Of a stretch of DNA of 64,000 nucleotides, positions 1-11,548 are shown piece after piece. Source of the DNA: Phyllobates terribilis (lineage: Eukaryota); assembly GCF_046119375.1 (NCBI RefSeq), contig NW_027362764.1, forward strand, positions 166,904,001 through 166,968,000, read 5' to 3'. A program made the translations under genes and the position numbers. Numbering within the stretch: the first letter of the stretch is position 1; every line of letters starts with the position of its first letter. The notes beneath the pieces were generated by a model, which was given only the letters and a program-made list of their open reading frames with translations, did not search any database and was not told the origin of the DNA.

Positions 1-1076
1 ACTGATGTTTAGGCGGAAAATTTCATTCTAAATATTTGAGCACCAAAGGAGCAAATAACAACCCATTATTTTTTTTTTTAAATAGGAGAGTTTAAATGAA
101 TGGGAAAAAAAAAATAAATAAATGTGTGTGTATGTGATATTTGGTGTGTATATATGTAGGGTGCATGTGTGTGTGTGTATGTGTGGTGTGTGTATATGTG
201 AATGTGGGTATCTGTATGTGTGTGGCATGTGTGCATATGTGNNNNNNNNNNNNNNNNNNNNNNNNNNNNNNNNNNNNNNNNNNNNNNNNNNNNNNNNNNN
301 NNNNNNNNNNNNNNNNNNNNNNNNNNNNNNNNNNNNNNNNNNNNNNNNNNNNNNNNNNNNNNNNNNNNNNNNNNNNNNNNNNNNNNNNNNNNNNNNNNNN
401 NNNNTATTTTGTAAACCCAATCTATATTTAAGATAAGTTAAATATAATAAGTTATTATTTAAACAATTAATTAAGAAGAATTAATAATCTTAATTTTCTG
501 AGAAAAATATATAGAGTGGAAGGTATGCTGATATGTCAGAATTAAATGCGGAAAACAAATGTTTATTTTGTGCATCATCTTAATTCCAGTAAAGTTTACT
601 GAAAATCACATGGAAACCACAAATAACACAACCTAACCACTCAATATATGTGTCTCTGTGCATGTACATACATGTATATATATACACACACACATACACA
701 CGTATATCCATAATCAGACATAATAACAGATACAGATTATAGATTTCAAATGGGAGAAAAAAATAATAGTGATATAATGTTCTTTTTTTTTTTTTAACCA
801 GGAACATAAAATGCCATATCACAACTAACAAAAATATTTTTATTTAAAAAAAAAAAAAAAAACGGAAAAAAAAGATAAATATAATTTCAACACAACAATT
901 TGGTCAACAGGTCATGAGGTAACTATTTCAAATATATAGTAGGTTCAGCATAAATTATTTGTATTGTTTAGAGATAGAAATATACCCAATGTATTTCTTT
1001 TTTATTTCCTGTGTATAATTTATTATTCTTAATAAATTTTACTTCAATACAGTGAACACGAACATAACACAAGCCA

Positions 1077-1084
1077 TAGGTAGT
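1077..1084 (-). promoter_or_regulatory. miR-196 8mer site in the putative HoxA9 3'UTR
   Basis: ACTACCTA on the sense strand. The first AATAAA hexamers I found on the minus strand lie further downstream (1024-1019, 1006-1001). Confidence 0.55.
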
Positions 1085-1592
1085 AAAACCTTCACTCACC
1101 ATATATATATTAATCCACATATATGTAGATCTCCCCCCCCCCCAAAAAAAAATCTCCTGGGCTCCAAAATATTTCAGACCCCCCAACTTCATCCCACCTC
1201 CTGCATATTTCCTTGTGGACGAAAACCCTTATATACATCTCTACAATTCATTAAAAATTGTTGAATACTGTGATTGCCAATAACTGAGGTTAATTTTTTT
1301 CTAAATCAATTGGAGGTGAGTGGACTGGATATAGGGGAATATAATAACATTGCAGGCTGGTACTACAGACCTAGCGTTATATTAAAACAACCTGAGTTCA
1401 ATGTAGTCCTAGTTTTGTACGACATTCAAACACATAAATCAGGTCACAACTAAAATAAAACACATAATTCAAGTATAGCAGCAGAGGCTCCCGCTGCCCA
1501 GAGAACACATAATAAAATAATAATAATTAGAATAAACCCTACATTTTTTAGATCTAGTCTGTACAGTCAGTATATAGTTGTGCACAATGGTA

Positions 1593-1601
1593 AGGTAGTT
1601 T
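1593..1601 (-). promoter_or_regulatory. miR-196 7mer-m8 site (pairs nt 2-10) in the HoxA9 3'UTR
   Basis: AAACTACCT on the sense strand, about 225 nt after the stop codon. Confidence 0.55.
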
Positions 1602-1823
1602 ACTTGTAGAGCAGAGCAGGTAGATTACTTGTATCCCAGCCCACTTCTAATGCCCCTTTGTGTTGTTCATAAAATAATTTAAGAAATTAAGTACCTCTTG
1701 GATAGCTCTGGTTAACCAAGGCTGTGGCGGTACTTGATTTGTTAGCATGATATACAGGAGGGAGAAACACATGAGGCCTCAATACAGTAGCATCCTATTG
1801 TTTGTGGCTCCATTTTATAGGAT

Positions 1824-2062
1824 TCAATCGTCCTTTGATCGATCCTTATTAATTTTTTTCATTTTCATTCTTCTGTTTTGGAACCAAATTTTAACTTGTC
1901 TCTCCGTGAGGTTGAGCTGCCTGGCCACCTCATACCTCCTGTCCCGGGTAAGATACATGTTAAATAAAAACTCCTTCTCAAGTTCCAGTGTTTGATGCTT
2001 GGTATAGGGACACCTTTTTTTCCTGGTGGATCTTGCATGGAGCCAATTAGCAGCTGGATTGT
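1824..2062 (-). CDS. HOXA9: Homeobox protein Hox-A9, coding exon 2 (homeodomain)
   Basis: Acceptor ctttctag|AC. Translates (N)[82 protein letters not shown] and KINKDR are A9-type. Confidence 0.97.
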
Positions 2063-2264
2063 CTAGAAAGAAAGGACATTTTTGAAAAATACTTTTTTTT
2101 ATGGCTTTTACTTTACATCATATATACATCAATAAAAAGTCACATCCATGCCTTAAACAATATATGCCATATGCATATATGTTAAAATATAAATGTCTTC
2201 TATAAGAATTGATAGACACACAACTATTAAAGCCATACATCAAAACTGATAAATGTCCAAAACA

Positions 2265-2495
2265 ATATTTGCCCCTTGCATCGACAACTACACTTCTATC
2301 AATGCCCGAGAAAATGCATTTATAAACAGACAACTCAGTGCCCTATAAAATGTATTATACACAGACAACTATCAATGCCCTAGAATATACATTTATACAC
2401 AGACAACTATCAGTGTCATATAAAATGCATTTATACACAGACGACTATCAATGTCAAAGAAAATGCATTTATGCACAGATAACTATATGCCCTAT
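2265..2495. repeat. Degenerate ~38-bp tandem repeat in the HoxA9 intron
   Basis: About 5-6 copies of aaaatgcatttatacacagacaactatcaatgccc-like units. Confidence 0.75.
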
Positions 2496-3480
2496 GCATT
2501 AGTACAGAGAGTGTTGCCAATGCTGTGTAATATTTTCATATGCATGAATACACAGACTGCTATAATGCATGCTCTATGCCCCTGAACATAAATTTATTTT
2601 TATGCCCACCATGACACATACTCACAAAGTCATTAAGAAGTTTACTAAAAAATCTCAAAATGCTATAATCTATACTAATCAACACCTGGACTGCTACCTG
2701 TGTCCTCTACAAGCTATAACATGCATCCATATATTAGATACCATATGAATGCATACCATGACAATGTCCAATGTAACATATGAGTTCTGCATTAATGCAT
2801 CTATGGTTAGAAATATTATATATGACATATGCCTGAGGTATGAGTACACATACTACCATACATTCCCTATACACTATATGTTTAATGCATAAAAACATAT
2901 TTATATTAATGCAATAACAATACATTCTGTATTATATTATATATCTACTATGGATTTATACATTACATAGATTGTTTCCAGGACCATTTACTAGCCAAGC
3001 CTTGTTCCCATACTACTGCCATACACAACCATATTCCTAGACTACTATGCAATATCAAATACTATGAAAATTCCATAGATATAACACATCATGATACAAA
3101 CCAGGATCCATTCATCTATAAAAAAATACTTTAAATAACCCCTTACTTAATGATGCCCACCGAATTTACACCGAATATTGCATTTCTCCTATTATATACT
3201 AGCCCACGCCCACAGAGCTGTAAAATGCTTTACTATATCCCCTCAATGGTGATCATGGCTCCATGTCTATGCATTGTGAGCCGCCATTGCCCTGCAAACA
3301 TCAATGATTCAGCGTCCATGCCAGGGCACAAACTTTCTTTCCATTTATGTTGTATTCTGAGATATAACCTGACACTTAGAAGCCTGATGAGTCTTAGTCT
3401 CCAGCAGCAGCACTCAGTGCACATTACAAGACCCTTCCTTGCTCGCCTCCATAGCTCATCAATGATTGCAGTAGACTTAC

Positions 3481-4030
3481 TTGGGTCAATAGGAGGTTTT
3501 TCCCCATTTGTTAGGTTCTCTCCAGTATTGGCAGCAAAGGCAGCGTCGTTACTTTGCTTCTCTCTGTCAGCAGGAGAGCCACAAGCATAATCAGACAAAG
3601 ACAGAGTGTGAGCATCAAACGTGGTACAGTCCCCCCTCCTGCCTGAGAGAGGCTCAGGTTTAATACCGTAGTGCCTGCTTGAGGATAAGCCTGGGAACGA
3701 CAATGATCCGGCCATGGGCTCCAGCCAGGAGCGCATATACCTGCCATCTGAGGCTGCTATGGGTGCCTGGTGGTGCACATAAGGGTGGTACACGCTGGAG
3801 ACATTACTGGCAGGCTGAGGATGGTGCACTGGATTCCAGGGGCTGCTAAACATGGACGATTTAGATTGAAAGCTGCATGGAGTGTACTCAGGGTGTTCAG
3901 TCCCCAGTGCAGCCTGTCTTGTTGGTTGAGCTAAGGAGCCAGAAGCAAACCTGGACTGCACCAGCTCCTCACCCTCATGGATCAGGAACGAGTCCACATA
4001 ATAATTGCTCAGAGTCCCAGAAGTCGTCAT
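3481..4030 (-). CDS. HOXA9: Homeobox protein Hox-A9, coding exon 1
   Basis: ATG at 4030 gives MTTSGTLSNYYVDSFL...DGRYMRSWLEP...YGIKPEPL...EKPPIDP. Donor A|GTAAGT at 3481/3480, phase 1. 550 nt + 239 nt of exon 2 = 789 nt, 262 aa. Confidence 0.97.
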
Positions 4031-4144
4031 TGCTATGATGAGAGCAGGACCTGCTGAAATTATGAAACTGCAGATTTCATGTAACAACTTGGTCCTACAA
4101 AGAAGTACAGTCACCTAATAAGTTGCAGGCAGGACTGGCCTCCT

Positions 4145-4167
4145 ATTGGCTGCCAGGGCCATGTGAC
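4145..4167 (-). promoter_or_regulatory. HoxA9 proximal promoter module: E-box plus CCAAT
   Basis: Minus strand reads GTCACATGGCCCTGGCAGCCAAT, about 115-137 nt upstream of the ATG, the same order as at HoxA13. Confidence 0.55.
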
Positions 4168-5487
4168 TCAGCAGCAGAACAATAAGGAATAAATCAGTCC
4201 GCAGGCTATTAATGGCTCACTGTTTTCCAGTCATCATTTTTATAGCAAAGCCATATGTTTTTATGCAAAAGGATATCGAAGTTATACAATATTGTCCCCT
4301 TTAATTGTGGCCAAGTCAGATTAAAAGATCCAAATTTCCTCCTTTTCTACCATTGCAGGGACTATTTTACATCATTATTAATCACACAGTAGGATGTAGG
4401 TGTTCTCTACAGTCCTTCATCGAAAAGCAGCCCTAGACACATAGATATAAAGTAAAGACCCATCCCCTCCATACACACAGGCATCAGTGCAGTAGATGGG
4501 ATTTAATATGTTTCACTTGCGCTGCTTACAAGCAGTTGTTACATTTTACTGTTGAGCTTAGGAAGGGAATAGTAAAGTGGTATAGATCCAGCCAGAAGCT
4601 GCAGTAAAATGCAAATCTCTAATAAGTCTCCATAGTGCTGTTCTAGACACACACAGACTGCCTGCAAATAGGGCAATCAGCCTAATCCTGAGAATGCACA
4701 ACAGCACTCAGAAAGAAAGCGTCTATTCCTCCTCTACTTTCCTCTAGAATTGATGTTTATAAATTAGTATATTTTATATTCCACAGGGCAGTATATTACC
4801 CACACAGCAGTCAGTATTTACAGGTATATTCACATTCACCCCTACATGCGAATCATTTACATCTGATTCGGAAGAATGTGGTATATAAACCCTAAACAAA
4901 GGGAACAATTACTGAACACTTCTACCATTATTTTCATTGATATTATCATCTAAATATTAAAAACGATAATAATAATTTTAGGAAGACTCACTGTTAGGAA
5001 TACTGGTCGAGACAAAGGAATATCCTCACAGTTATTATTATTATTAGTATAATTTGTAAAATAATAAATATTATAATATTGTTGTTTATTCCTCTAACAG
5101 ATTTTGAACTATACCTGACTACAACTTCAGTCTTTGTGAGGAACTGGGTAGGAAAGATTTACAGGGTAATCCGGTGCAATAAAGTAACGTTAATAAAACA
5201 GACCACAAGTGAGGGTAGAGAACACACTGAGGAAGGAAAATTAGGGCGTGGATTCGTGAGAACAATTGTTCTACATGCATGAAACCTTTATTACGGTTTG
5301 TAGAAATGTGATAAGGTTCGTAAATTCATAATCTGAACAGTATCAGTTATAGTAATTGTGTAGCTGGGAAATCAACATAAAGAAAGGTGAAATAATGATA
5401 AAATGGTAATGGCGGATGGTTACATTGTTTCAGATGAACAGCACAAGCATTAGATCAAGTCCATTGTTATGAGTCCAGCATTATGTC

Positions 5488-5488
<1 letters not shown>

Positions 5489-5566
<78 letters not shown>
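5489..5566. repeat. (TATC)n microsatellite
   Basis: Perfect tetranucleotide run. Similar arrays near 25035, 28247, 39848 and 47619. Confidence 0.95.
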
Positions 5567-6548
5567 ATACCATATTTGAAGATTAGATTCTAGATAGATA
5601 TCTATTTTTCTTCGTGTGTACTATTATTATAGGACTATCCTGTCGTCCAAAGAAGATACATTTTAGAAAAAAAGAAATATAATACTTCCATAAAGCACAA
5701 ATCTTCTCCACTGTCCACAACCAGTAATTATACTTCCCGAAACAAAAATATGCCCCAAAGGTAAGATCAATCTGAGACTGTTGATAATGCTCTCTCAAGT
5801 ATTTTGATCCATTATGAAGGTAAATATATATATATATACCTACAGCAATAAATCTTTTACTTCTAAAAATATGATTATAGTGTAAATAGGAAAAACAATG
5901 TCAATGGGTATCTAGGGGTTAAAAATAGGTTTAGTTCGATCATTAAACCTAGGAAATAACCAGATGGATTCAATAATTGATTAAAAAAAGTAACAAAAAA
6001 ATAATAAATAATAATAATTACTATTTTCATATTTTGTATAACTGTTCAGTTTTTATGCTGTATTAATTATTTGTATTTCAAATTAAATGTACATTTCTAA
6101 ACTAGGTACATTATCAAGAAGACAATTGTGAGACAAATAGATAGATAGATAGATAGATAGAAGCACCGCAGTATGTGACCATAACAATGGAATGTAGAAA
6201 AACAACAACAATGATTGAGAATGGGAATGAGGTTTATTGGGCAGATACTATTATTCCCATTATAATATTATTAGTAATGACNNNNNNNNNNNNNNNNNNN
6301 NNNNNNNNNNNNNNNNNNNNNNNNNNNNNNNNNNNNNNNNNNNNNNNNNNNNNNNNNNNNNNNNNNNNNNNNNNNNNNNNNNNNNNNNNNNNNNNNNNNN
6401 NNNNNNNNNNNNNNNNNNNCAATTATATATATATTTATATACATTTGTATACTCCACAAAAACAGCAGCACTGCATAAATGGGTGCAAATCTCCACCAAG
6501 GAAACTGGCAAAGCTTGCTGACCAGGATATAATAATCCAAAAAAGGAG

Positions 6549-6608
6549 GCAGCACATCTGCTTGAGAAAGGCTCCATAGAGAGAGCTGAAACGCAATTGG
6601 TGTGTTGG
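6549..6608 (+). ncRNA. Degenerate hammerhead-like motif (U3-A8 core variant)
   Basis: UUGAGAA-A-GGCUC/CAUAGAGA/GAGCU-GAAAC-GCAAUUG-GU. The core and stem II are recognisable; the cleavage site and stem I are damaged. Confidence 0.4.
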
Positions 6609-7904
6609 TGAATAAGGGATCCTTACACTTTCACTATTTTTAAATATATGGATTGTAGATAGGTATATAGATGAAACACGCATGTGTGTGTGTGCACGCA
6701 TGTGTGTTTATATGTATACACACACATACAAAAATGCATTTTAGTTTTGACGTCTTTTAAGGATTTGTCTTTCAGCTCGTTTTCCTTTTCTCCAACCATA
6801 AATAGCTCCATTTTGNNNNNNNNNNNNNNNNNNNNNNNNNNNNNNNNNNNNNNNNNNNNNNNNNNNNNNNNNNNNNNNNNNNNNNNNNNNNNNNNNNNNN
6901 NNNNNNNNNNNNNNNNNNNNNNNNNNNNNNNNNNNNNNNNNNNNNNNNNNNNNNNNNNAAGGCAAGAATTAAAAACTTTATATACTTTCAGCAAAATTGA
7001 AGGTGAATGATCCGTCACGTTTCCTTTTTGCCAATTTCCTGTTAACTGCAACCTGTGGTAGAAAATAAAGCTGGAAATGTGTATGGGGGATGTTTGTAAA
7101 TAGCCCTGCAATAAGGCAGATGATGGCCCCCAGTCTAGATTGCTGTCTGGTGTATTTGGAGAGCAGTCTGCTTTCTCCCGGGCTGTGCTGCTGCTGGTGG
7201 GGAGGCTCTCAGGAATGTGAGACTATGGGCTGATTGTAATAATGATCGTAACCTAGGCCTTGTGTGCTGGAAAGCATTATTGGAGCCGCCTCACCAGCAT
7301 TTCTCCCCTTTGTAAACCCCAATAATGTTTATCCTATGTATTATAAGACCACTTACAATAAATCTCTATTATAACATGTATGTCACCTCATATACAATTG
7401 CTAATATTCATGTAGTGTTCTAATTAATAGCATAACCACCATGTGCGGTGTAATAACTGTGTACACATAGTACACCTATACTATCATTAAAATCATCAAT
7501 CACAAATCTTATGATGCGTATGATGATTCAGAGATTCATACAATGGCAGATCATGTTATGTAATATATTCTTTGCGCCTTCTTAACTGCAGCATCAAATA
7601 CATTGTAGGCCTGTATGCATCGTAGCATATTACCTATGTATATTATTGTTACATGTCTATATAATGTTGTAGCTCTGTGCTCCTTTGTGATTAATCCCAT
7701 GCTCTATATGTCACAGAAATTCAACAACCTGTGTTGCATATCACACAATAATCCTATTAATCCTATAATTCATGCTACATATTATTAATCTTATGACACA
7801 TATCACATGTTGATCTTAGGTTCCAGTTCCATATCGCTTCCAAGTTCCATGTTCCATATTGTATTTTATTCCTATGTTCCATATGACATGGGGGGACGAT
7901 ATGC

Positions 7905-7987
7905 ACTGATGTGACTAAGGCAGTTCCTTGTTGTCGAGAGAAAGGTGGAGCCCCAACAACATGAAACTACCTAAATCACACTCCAGT
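7905..7987 (-). ncRNA. MIR196B: mir-196b precursor hairpin (mature 5p at 7973-7952, UAGGUAGUUUCAUGUUGUUGGG)
   Basis: Mature miR-196 sequence read directly on the minus strand. The loop and 3p arm (CUCCACCUUUCUCUCGACAACAAGGAACUGCCUUAG) pair back with it and resemble mammalian mir-196b. Position between Hox10 and Hox9 is syntenic. Confidence 0.96.
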
Positions 7988-8211
7988 TGTGTTCTAAAAT
8001 CTTATGATTGGCGACCTCCAAGCTTCTAGAAGAGGATCCGCTATAAAGAAGAAATCACAGACACAGTGGAAATTGGCACAATAGCGTGCAATCACTGCGC
8101 CCTGCACGCTCCAATATTTGATTAGTAATGCAAAAAAAAATCATAAAATTATTTCAAACGAGTTATTGAGACCAGAATGGAAACAATATAACATGGGATG
8201 GAACTGTGAAA

Positions 8212-8214
<3 letters not shown>

Positions 8215-8281
<67 letters not shown>
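8215..8281. repeat. (TG)n microsatellite
   Basis: Perfect dinucleotide run about 230 nt 5' of the mir-196b hairpin. Confidence 0.95.
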
Positions 8282-8282
<1 letters not shown>

Positions 8283-9597
8283 GCTAATCAAGTATTAAAG
8301 TGAAATGATTTTTTATATATTGCATAGGGGACACACATGCGCCAAACAATACGCATTGCGCAATTGCGCACAAATTGCGCTTGGCCTCACCTTGGGCTTT
8401 CCTCAATGTCCCTTTTGTCCACTGCTATGTTATTCCGGATGGAAGAGAAATAGCTTCTTGCTTTTCAGGTTAAATAAACCCAATCCCATGTCCTTCTATG
8501 TTAGCTGCTTCTTCTGTCTAAGCTGCTCCTTGCTGAACTGAAAGCTCTGCTCTACTCTGCAACAATCCAGATATACTATCAAGTCATAAAAGTGAACAAA
8601 AGCCGACAAAGCTTCCAGCACCATTGCTATATAGCTCAAACAAATTACGACTGTCTAGGTAATATTTAAATGGTTTCCTATAGTAATTGTAGGGGGGGGG
8701 GGGGGGGTGTTAAGCAACTTCTGCTGTTGTAAAAGTTCTTGACAGGATAAAATAAATGTAAACAGCCACACAATGAGAAGAAGAAAATTACCAAGGATTC
8801 ATTTTCTTTTATTTGATTCTTCACTGAAAACATATAACATGGCCTGATCGCACACAGCAGCATATGTTCTGGTTAATAATGGTCATGTGTCCATGGATCA
8901 AGAAGAAACATTGGCCTTTAATAATAATAAACATTTACACATATTTGAATCTATAAAGTTCATATTCTGTACTTACTTAAAGCATGTAAATTCACAGTAT
9001 ATCTGAGGAATGAGAAGCTCCCACTTTTCAAGACTTCTATTGTGTATTGAAAGTACACAAGGAAGGAGAACCTACTAATAATGGACCATGTGCTTTTCTG
9101 CTGTTACTAAATGTAACCTCTTTCTACACAGACAAGACTACATTCAAGAATCATTTGAGTCCTGCAAGTGCCCTCATGTGTCTTTATGACCTTATTGAGG
9201 AATGAAATAGTTCCTTCTTCCTGGAGAAATAAGGAACATTTCATTCTACCCAATAAAATGTGAAAACCGGTGTTTTAGTGCCTCATCCACCTTTTCCTTG
9301 AACAACACAAAATGCAATGCCGGATGCAAGACAAAGGGAGGAACAAGACTGTAAATATACAACTTATAAATGCGGAACCGCCATAATAAAAAAAAAATCT
9401 GAGTCTAAAAAAAAATAAAAATAAAAAAATAATAATTATTATTATAATAAAAAAAAGCTCTTAAGACGTGTGCAAGTATGGCTTTAACCCAGAAGGCTGG
9501 GTGGATGATGGACATACTGGTCATAATGTACAGCTCTGGCAATCCATATAGGTGACTGTTGAAGAAGAAAAGTACTGGCTCTCTATGGAGGAGCTCA

Positions 9598-9872
9598 TCA
9601 AGAGAAATTGAAGTTGGCTGTGAGCTCCCGAATTCGGTTTTCCCGGTTCATTTTCTTGAGCTTCATCCTGCGGTTCTGGAACCAAATCTTGACTTGCCTG
9701 TCTGAGAGGTGCACACTGCGGCTGATCTCTAGGCGACGCTCTCGAGTCAGGTACATGTTGAACAGAAACTCCTTCTCCAGCTCCAGGGTCTGGTGCTTGG
9801 TGTAGGGACATCTCTTCTTTCTGCCGCTCTTCGCTGTTAACCAGTTGGCACAGTTGTCACCTTTCGAGTTCT
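9598..9872 (-). CDS. HOXA10: Homeobox protein Hox-A10, coding exon 2 (homeodomain)
   Basis: Acceptor ttggttcag|AG. Translates (E)[90 protein letters not shown]. Confidence 0.97.
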
Positions 9873-10740
9873 CTGAACCAACAAAATAAAACGAGATTAT
9901 ATATTTTCAAGCTTATGATTGTTCTTGCCTTATCTTTGTTATCAATTTATATTTTATTTATATACTACATTTATATGTACAGCTTTCTGTTTTATAATAG
10001 GGGATTTCAATATTGCATTTTTTGTTAATATCATACAATTAGTATAGGTAACAGCATTCATACATTTGCAAAATCCAGTATGTTTATTAGTTTTGTTTGA
10101 TACTACTGATACTAGTNNNNNNNNNNNNNNNNNNNNNNNNNNNNNNNNNNNNNNNNNNNNNNNNNNNNNNNNNNNNNNNNNNNNNNNNNNNNNNNNNNNN
10201 NNNNNNNNNNNNNNNNNNNNNNNNNNNNNNNNNNNNNNNNNNNNNAAATATAACTTTCTATGCATCATATTTCTCTTCTTAATAATGATTTACCCCGCAT
10301 TTATCCATAATTCCATAATTTGTGAGCCTGATAGTTGGAACTGATAGAAAAGTAGTGGTTCCCCTGCTAGAATAGAGACCCCAGGCTAGAGGCATTGATG
10401 CAAGGCATTGTGCTATGTGAGCAGAAGGCAGCGCCACACATTTAGTTATCACACTTGTAACCTGGGATATTTACTGTCATATTTTGCTATGTTCTGGCGC
10501 CTGTAATGGGCCCTATAAATAGTGTTATTTTATAGGGGCTTCCTGCTTCCTCCAAGACAAAGCACAGAGGAGCAGCATGTGGTGTAAAGTTGAGAATGGA
10601 CATGATGTTTATGACAGACTCACGCCCAATTATTAAATAGTTCAAAGGCTGATAATAAAGAGGAGCTTCCTCTGTAATTTTGGTGTAGTGCCCCTGCCCT
10701 TTGTGGTGTGATTGCAGAGTGAGTGTGAGTGAGAGCTCAC

Positions 10741-11548
10741 CTCCGGGTTCTTTCTCTGGGGAGTGTTTGCTGCAGTCAGAAGGAGCCGGAGAGGAATCCT
10801 CAGCCCCGGATGAAGACGTGTGCGCCTCCTCATCTGCTCTGTGCTGGGCGGCGGCACTGGGGAGTTTGGCAGGGGGCGACTCCTCGCTGTCTTTCCTGCC
10901 ATGCTCTTCGGACATTGATGACAAGGATAAAGGCTGCTCAAACCGAACTTGGGGCTGTGGAGCAAATTGGGGAGCAGCAATGTGCGCAGCGCTATAACCC
11001 TTGGAGGAGCCATAAGCCTGGGAGAGGCGGAAGTACCCTGGCACTGGAACAGAGCTGGTATTATGAGCAGGGCTACTTTCAGAGTTAACCCTTTGAAAAG
11101 TGGACAAGTCAGTTGGAGAAGAAGTCTTAGTACATTTGTCCGAGTCATAGAGGCAATAGGAATTCTCCTCCTTAATGTTCTGTGTGAAAGAGCAAGAGGT
11201 GGCAGCTTGGCTTTCAGATTGCTCCACTCTGCAGGACCTGGAGGCTTCTAGCCAGACATCCATCCCTGGAGCATAGCCTTGAGATATGGGGACTGTGTTA
11301 CTGGGGGGAACACCTTCATTTCTTTTGCTCAAAACGGGAAAAAGTCCACAGCTCTGCAACCCATAAGACACCTCGGAAGTCTGTGGCAGGTAGACCCCTG
11401 TGCTTTGGTAGTAGCCTCCAGCTTCTGTTCCTCTGCCAGCACTGATTAAGGAGTCCACCAGGAAGGAGTTCGCAGTCGGGTTCTCCGAGCATGACATTGT
11501 TGTGGGGTAATTTGGCGAAGAGAGCAGATATTCCTTTCTGGCTGACAT
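10741..11548 (-). CDS. HOXA10: Homeobox protein Hox-A10, coding exon 1
   Basis: MSARKEYLLSSPNYPTTMSCSENPTANSFLVDSLIS...NIKEE...VPVPGYFRLSQAY. Second Met at 11497. Donor G|GTGAG at 10741/10740, phase 1. 808 + 275 nt = 360 aa. Confidence 0.96.

Noticed and set aside
3233-4114. 293-aa ORF taken as the whole HoxA9 protein
   Set aside because: The first 28 codons precede the conserved Met (4030), and the tail after 3481 is read-through into the intron.
7218-7230. 13-mer TGAGACTATGGGC shared with the HoxA11 upstream region (21586-21598)
   Set aside because: Several chance 13-mer matches are expected within 64 kb, and the flanks do not align.
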